In this document: positions 62,225-64,000 of the stretch, one piece after another | Layout: every line of letters begins with the position of its first letter | Position numbering within the stretch: the stretch's first letter is position 1 | DNA from: Eledone cirrhosa | Taxonomy: Eukaryota | DNA: 64,000 bases | Reading direction: 5' to 3' | Assembly: GCA_964016885.1 (NCBI GenBank) | Contig: CAXHJY010000694.1 | Span: 62,001-126,000, forward strand | Position numbers and translations under genes: made by a program | Notes under the pieces: generated by a model | The model's input: the letters and a program-made list of their open reading frames with translations, nothing else | Told to the model about the DNA's origin: nothing | Databases searched by the model: none

Positions 62225-62395
62225 GTATATGTATATATATGTATATGTATATTTGTATATGTATATTTATATATGTATATATTTATATATGTATATATGG
62301 ATATATATATATATGTATATGTATATATATGGATATATATATATATGTATATGTATATGTATATATATGTATATATGTATATATGGATGTATATA

Positions 62396-62428
<33 letters not shown>

Positions 62429-62429
62429 G

Positions 62430-62460
<31 letters not shown>

Positions 62461-62475
62461 GGATGTATATATATG

Positions 62476-62514
<39 letters not shown>

Positions 62515-63254
62515 GTATATGTATATATATGTATATATGTATATATGGATGTATATATATATGTATATATATATATATGTATATATATGTATATATGTAT
62601 ATATGGATATATATATATATATATGGATATATATATATATGTATATATGTATATATATGTATATATGTATATATGTATATATGTACATATGTATATATGT
62701 ACATATGTACATATATACATATGTACATATGTACATATGTACATATGTACATATGTATATATGTACATATGTATATATGTACATATGTACATATGTACAT
62801 ATGTACATATGTATATATGTACATATGTATATATGTTACATATGTATATATGTACATATGTATATACGTATATATGTATATATATATGTATATGTATATA
62901 CGTATATATGTATATGTATATGTATGATGGTGGGTTGAGTATATATATTTATATATTTATATATTTATATATATATAAATATTTATATATATATAAATAT
63001 TTATATATATTATATATTATATATATATTATATATATAATATATATATATAAATATTTATATATATATATTATAAATATATATATAGAAATAAATATTTA
63101 TATATTTATTTATATATATATATATAAATATCTATATATAAATAAATATATTTATATAGAAATAAATATTTATATATATATATTTATATATATATATTTA
63201 TTTATATATATATATTTATTTATATATATATATATATATTTATATATACATATA

Positions 63255-63305
<51 letters not shown>

Positions 63306-63776
63306 ACGTAGAGTAGTATATATATTTATATATATATGTATGTATACGTACAAACATATATGTATACAGGCGTACAGTAGTATGTATATATATATATATA
63401 TATACATACATGCACACATATGTATATGTACGTATGGATTCACCGAACATTTATTAATGCTCGGTGTTTTTGTAAACAAACATCCCGTATTAAGCCGAAC
63501 TGTCCAGCAACCATCATTGCTCGTTCGTTCAACACTGACAAAGGAACGCTGTACTATTTGCAAGCTTACTATCTATCGTCAGCTACGTATACCTTCCTGC
63601 CAGATGATTGAACGTCTGAAAGTATATACTTTCCTTATGCATATTAACGGCTGAGTAGCCCAATTTCCATATCGAGTGGGTTAATCGGCCGGGTGCACCG
63701 AAAACGATAAATGGAAAAAATGGAAAAAATGAAACGAAATTTCATTTCCCACTCTTAGTGTGTGTGCGCGTGTGTA

Positions 63777-63901
63777 TTCCAGGTTCAATCGAGGGGTAAG
63801 AGTAAGTAAGGTACTCAATACATAGTAGAGTATAAATATTTAATGTAGAAATTACTTCTACAGGACTAGAACTGTTTCATTCGAATGAAATAGTACTAGT
63901 C
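63777..63901. mobile_element. Family B fold-back fragment
   Basis: Reverse-complement homologue of 40245-40335 plus hairpin gactagaactgtttcattc/gaatgaaatagtactagtc. Confidence 0.7.
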
Positions 63902-64000
63902 TCTATCTCTTTATCTCTCTCTCGATAGGGGGGGGGGAGTGAGAGAGATTCCACAACAGTTGTGGAACTGCTGCTACCAAACTTATCCCATGGACTGAGT

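Overview
Repeat-saturated animal DNA with no host gene I can support. The SINE families and extreme (TA)n content point to an octopus or other coleoid cephalopod (inference from recognised repeats). Well over half the window is degenerate (TA)n/(TATG)n microsatellite, so nearly all listed ORFs (Y/I/M/C/V-rich) are artefacts. The islands between microsatellites are retroelements and MITEs: a young CR1-clade LINE present as two head-to-head copies (5295-8843), non-autonomous RTE derivatives, an RTE insertion with a twin-priming inversion, L1/Tx1-like 3' ends, tRNA-derived SINEs, and piggyBac-, hAT- and Tc1/mariner-type MITEs. The most striking signal is a recurring architecture, (TA)n - tail - arm - loop - inverted arm - (TA)n, seen about 8 times at scales from about 40 bp to 2.7 kb. 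Several cases carry type I hammerhead ribozyme motifs typical of Penelope-like elements, and Penelope RT and GIY-YIG fragments are also present. In the small copies the fold-back point falls on predicted ribozyme helices, suggesting hairpin-primed second-strand synthesis.
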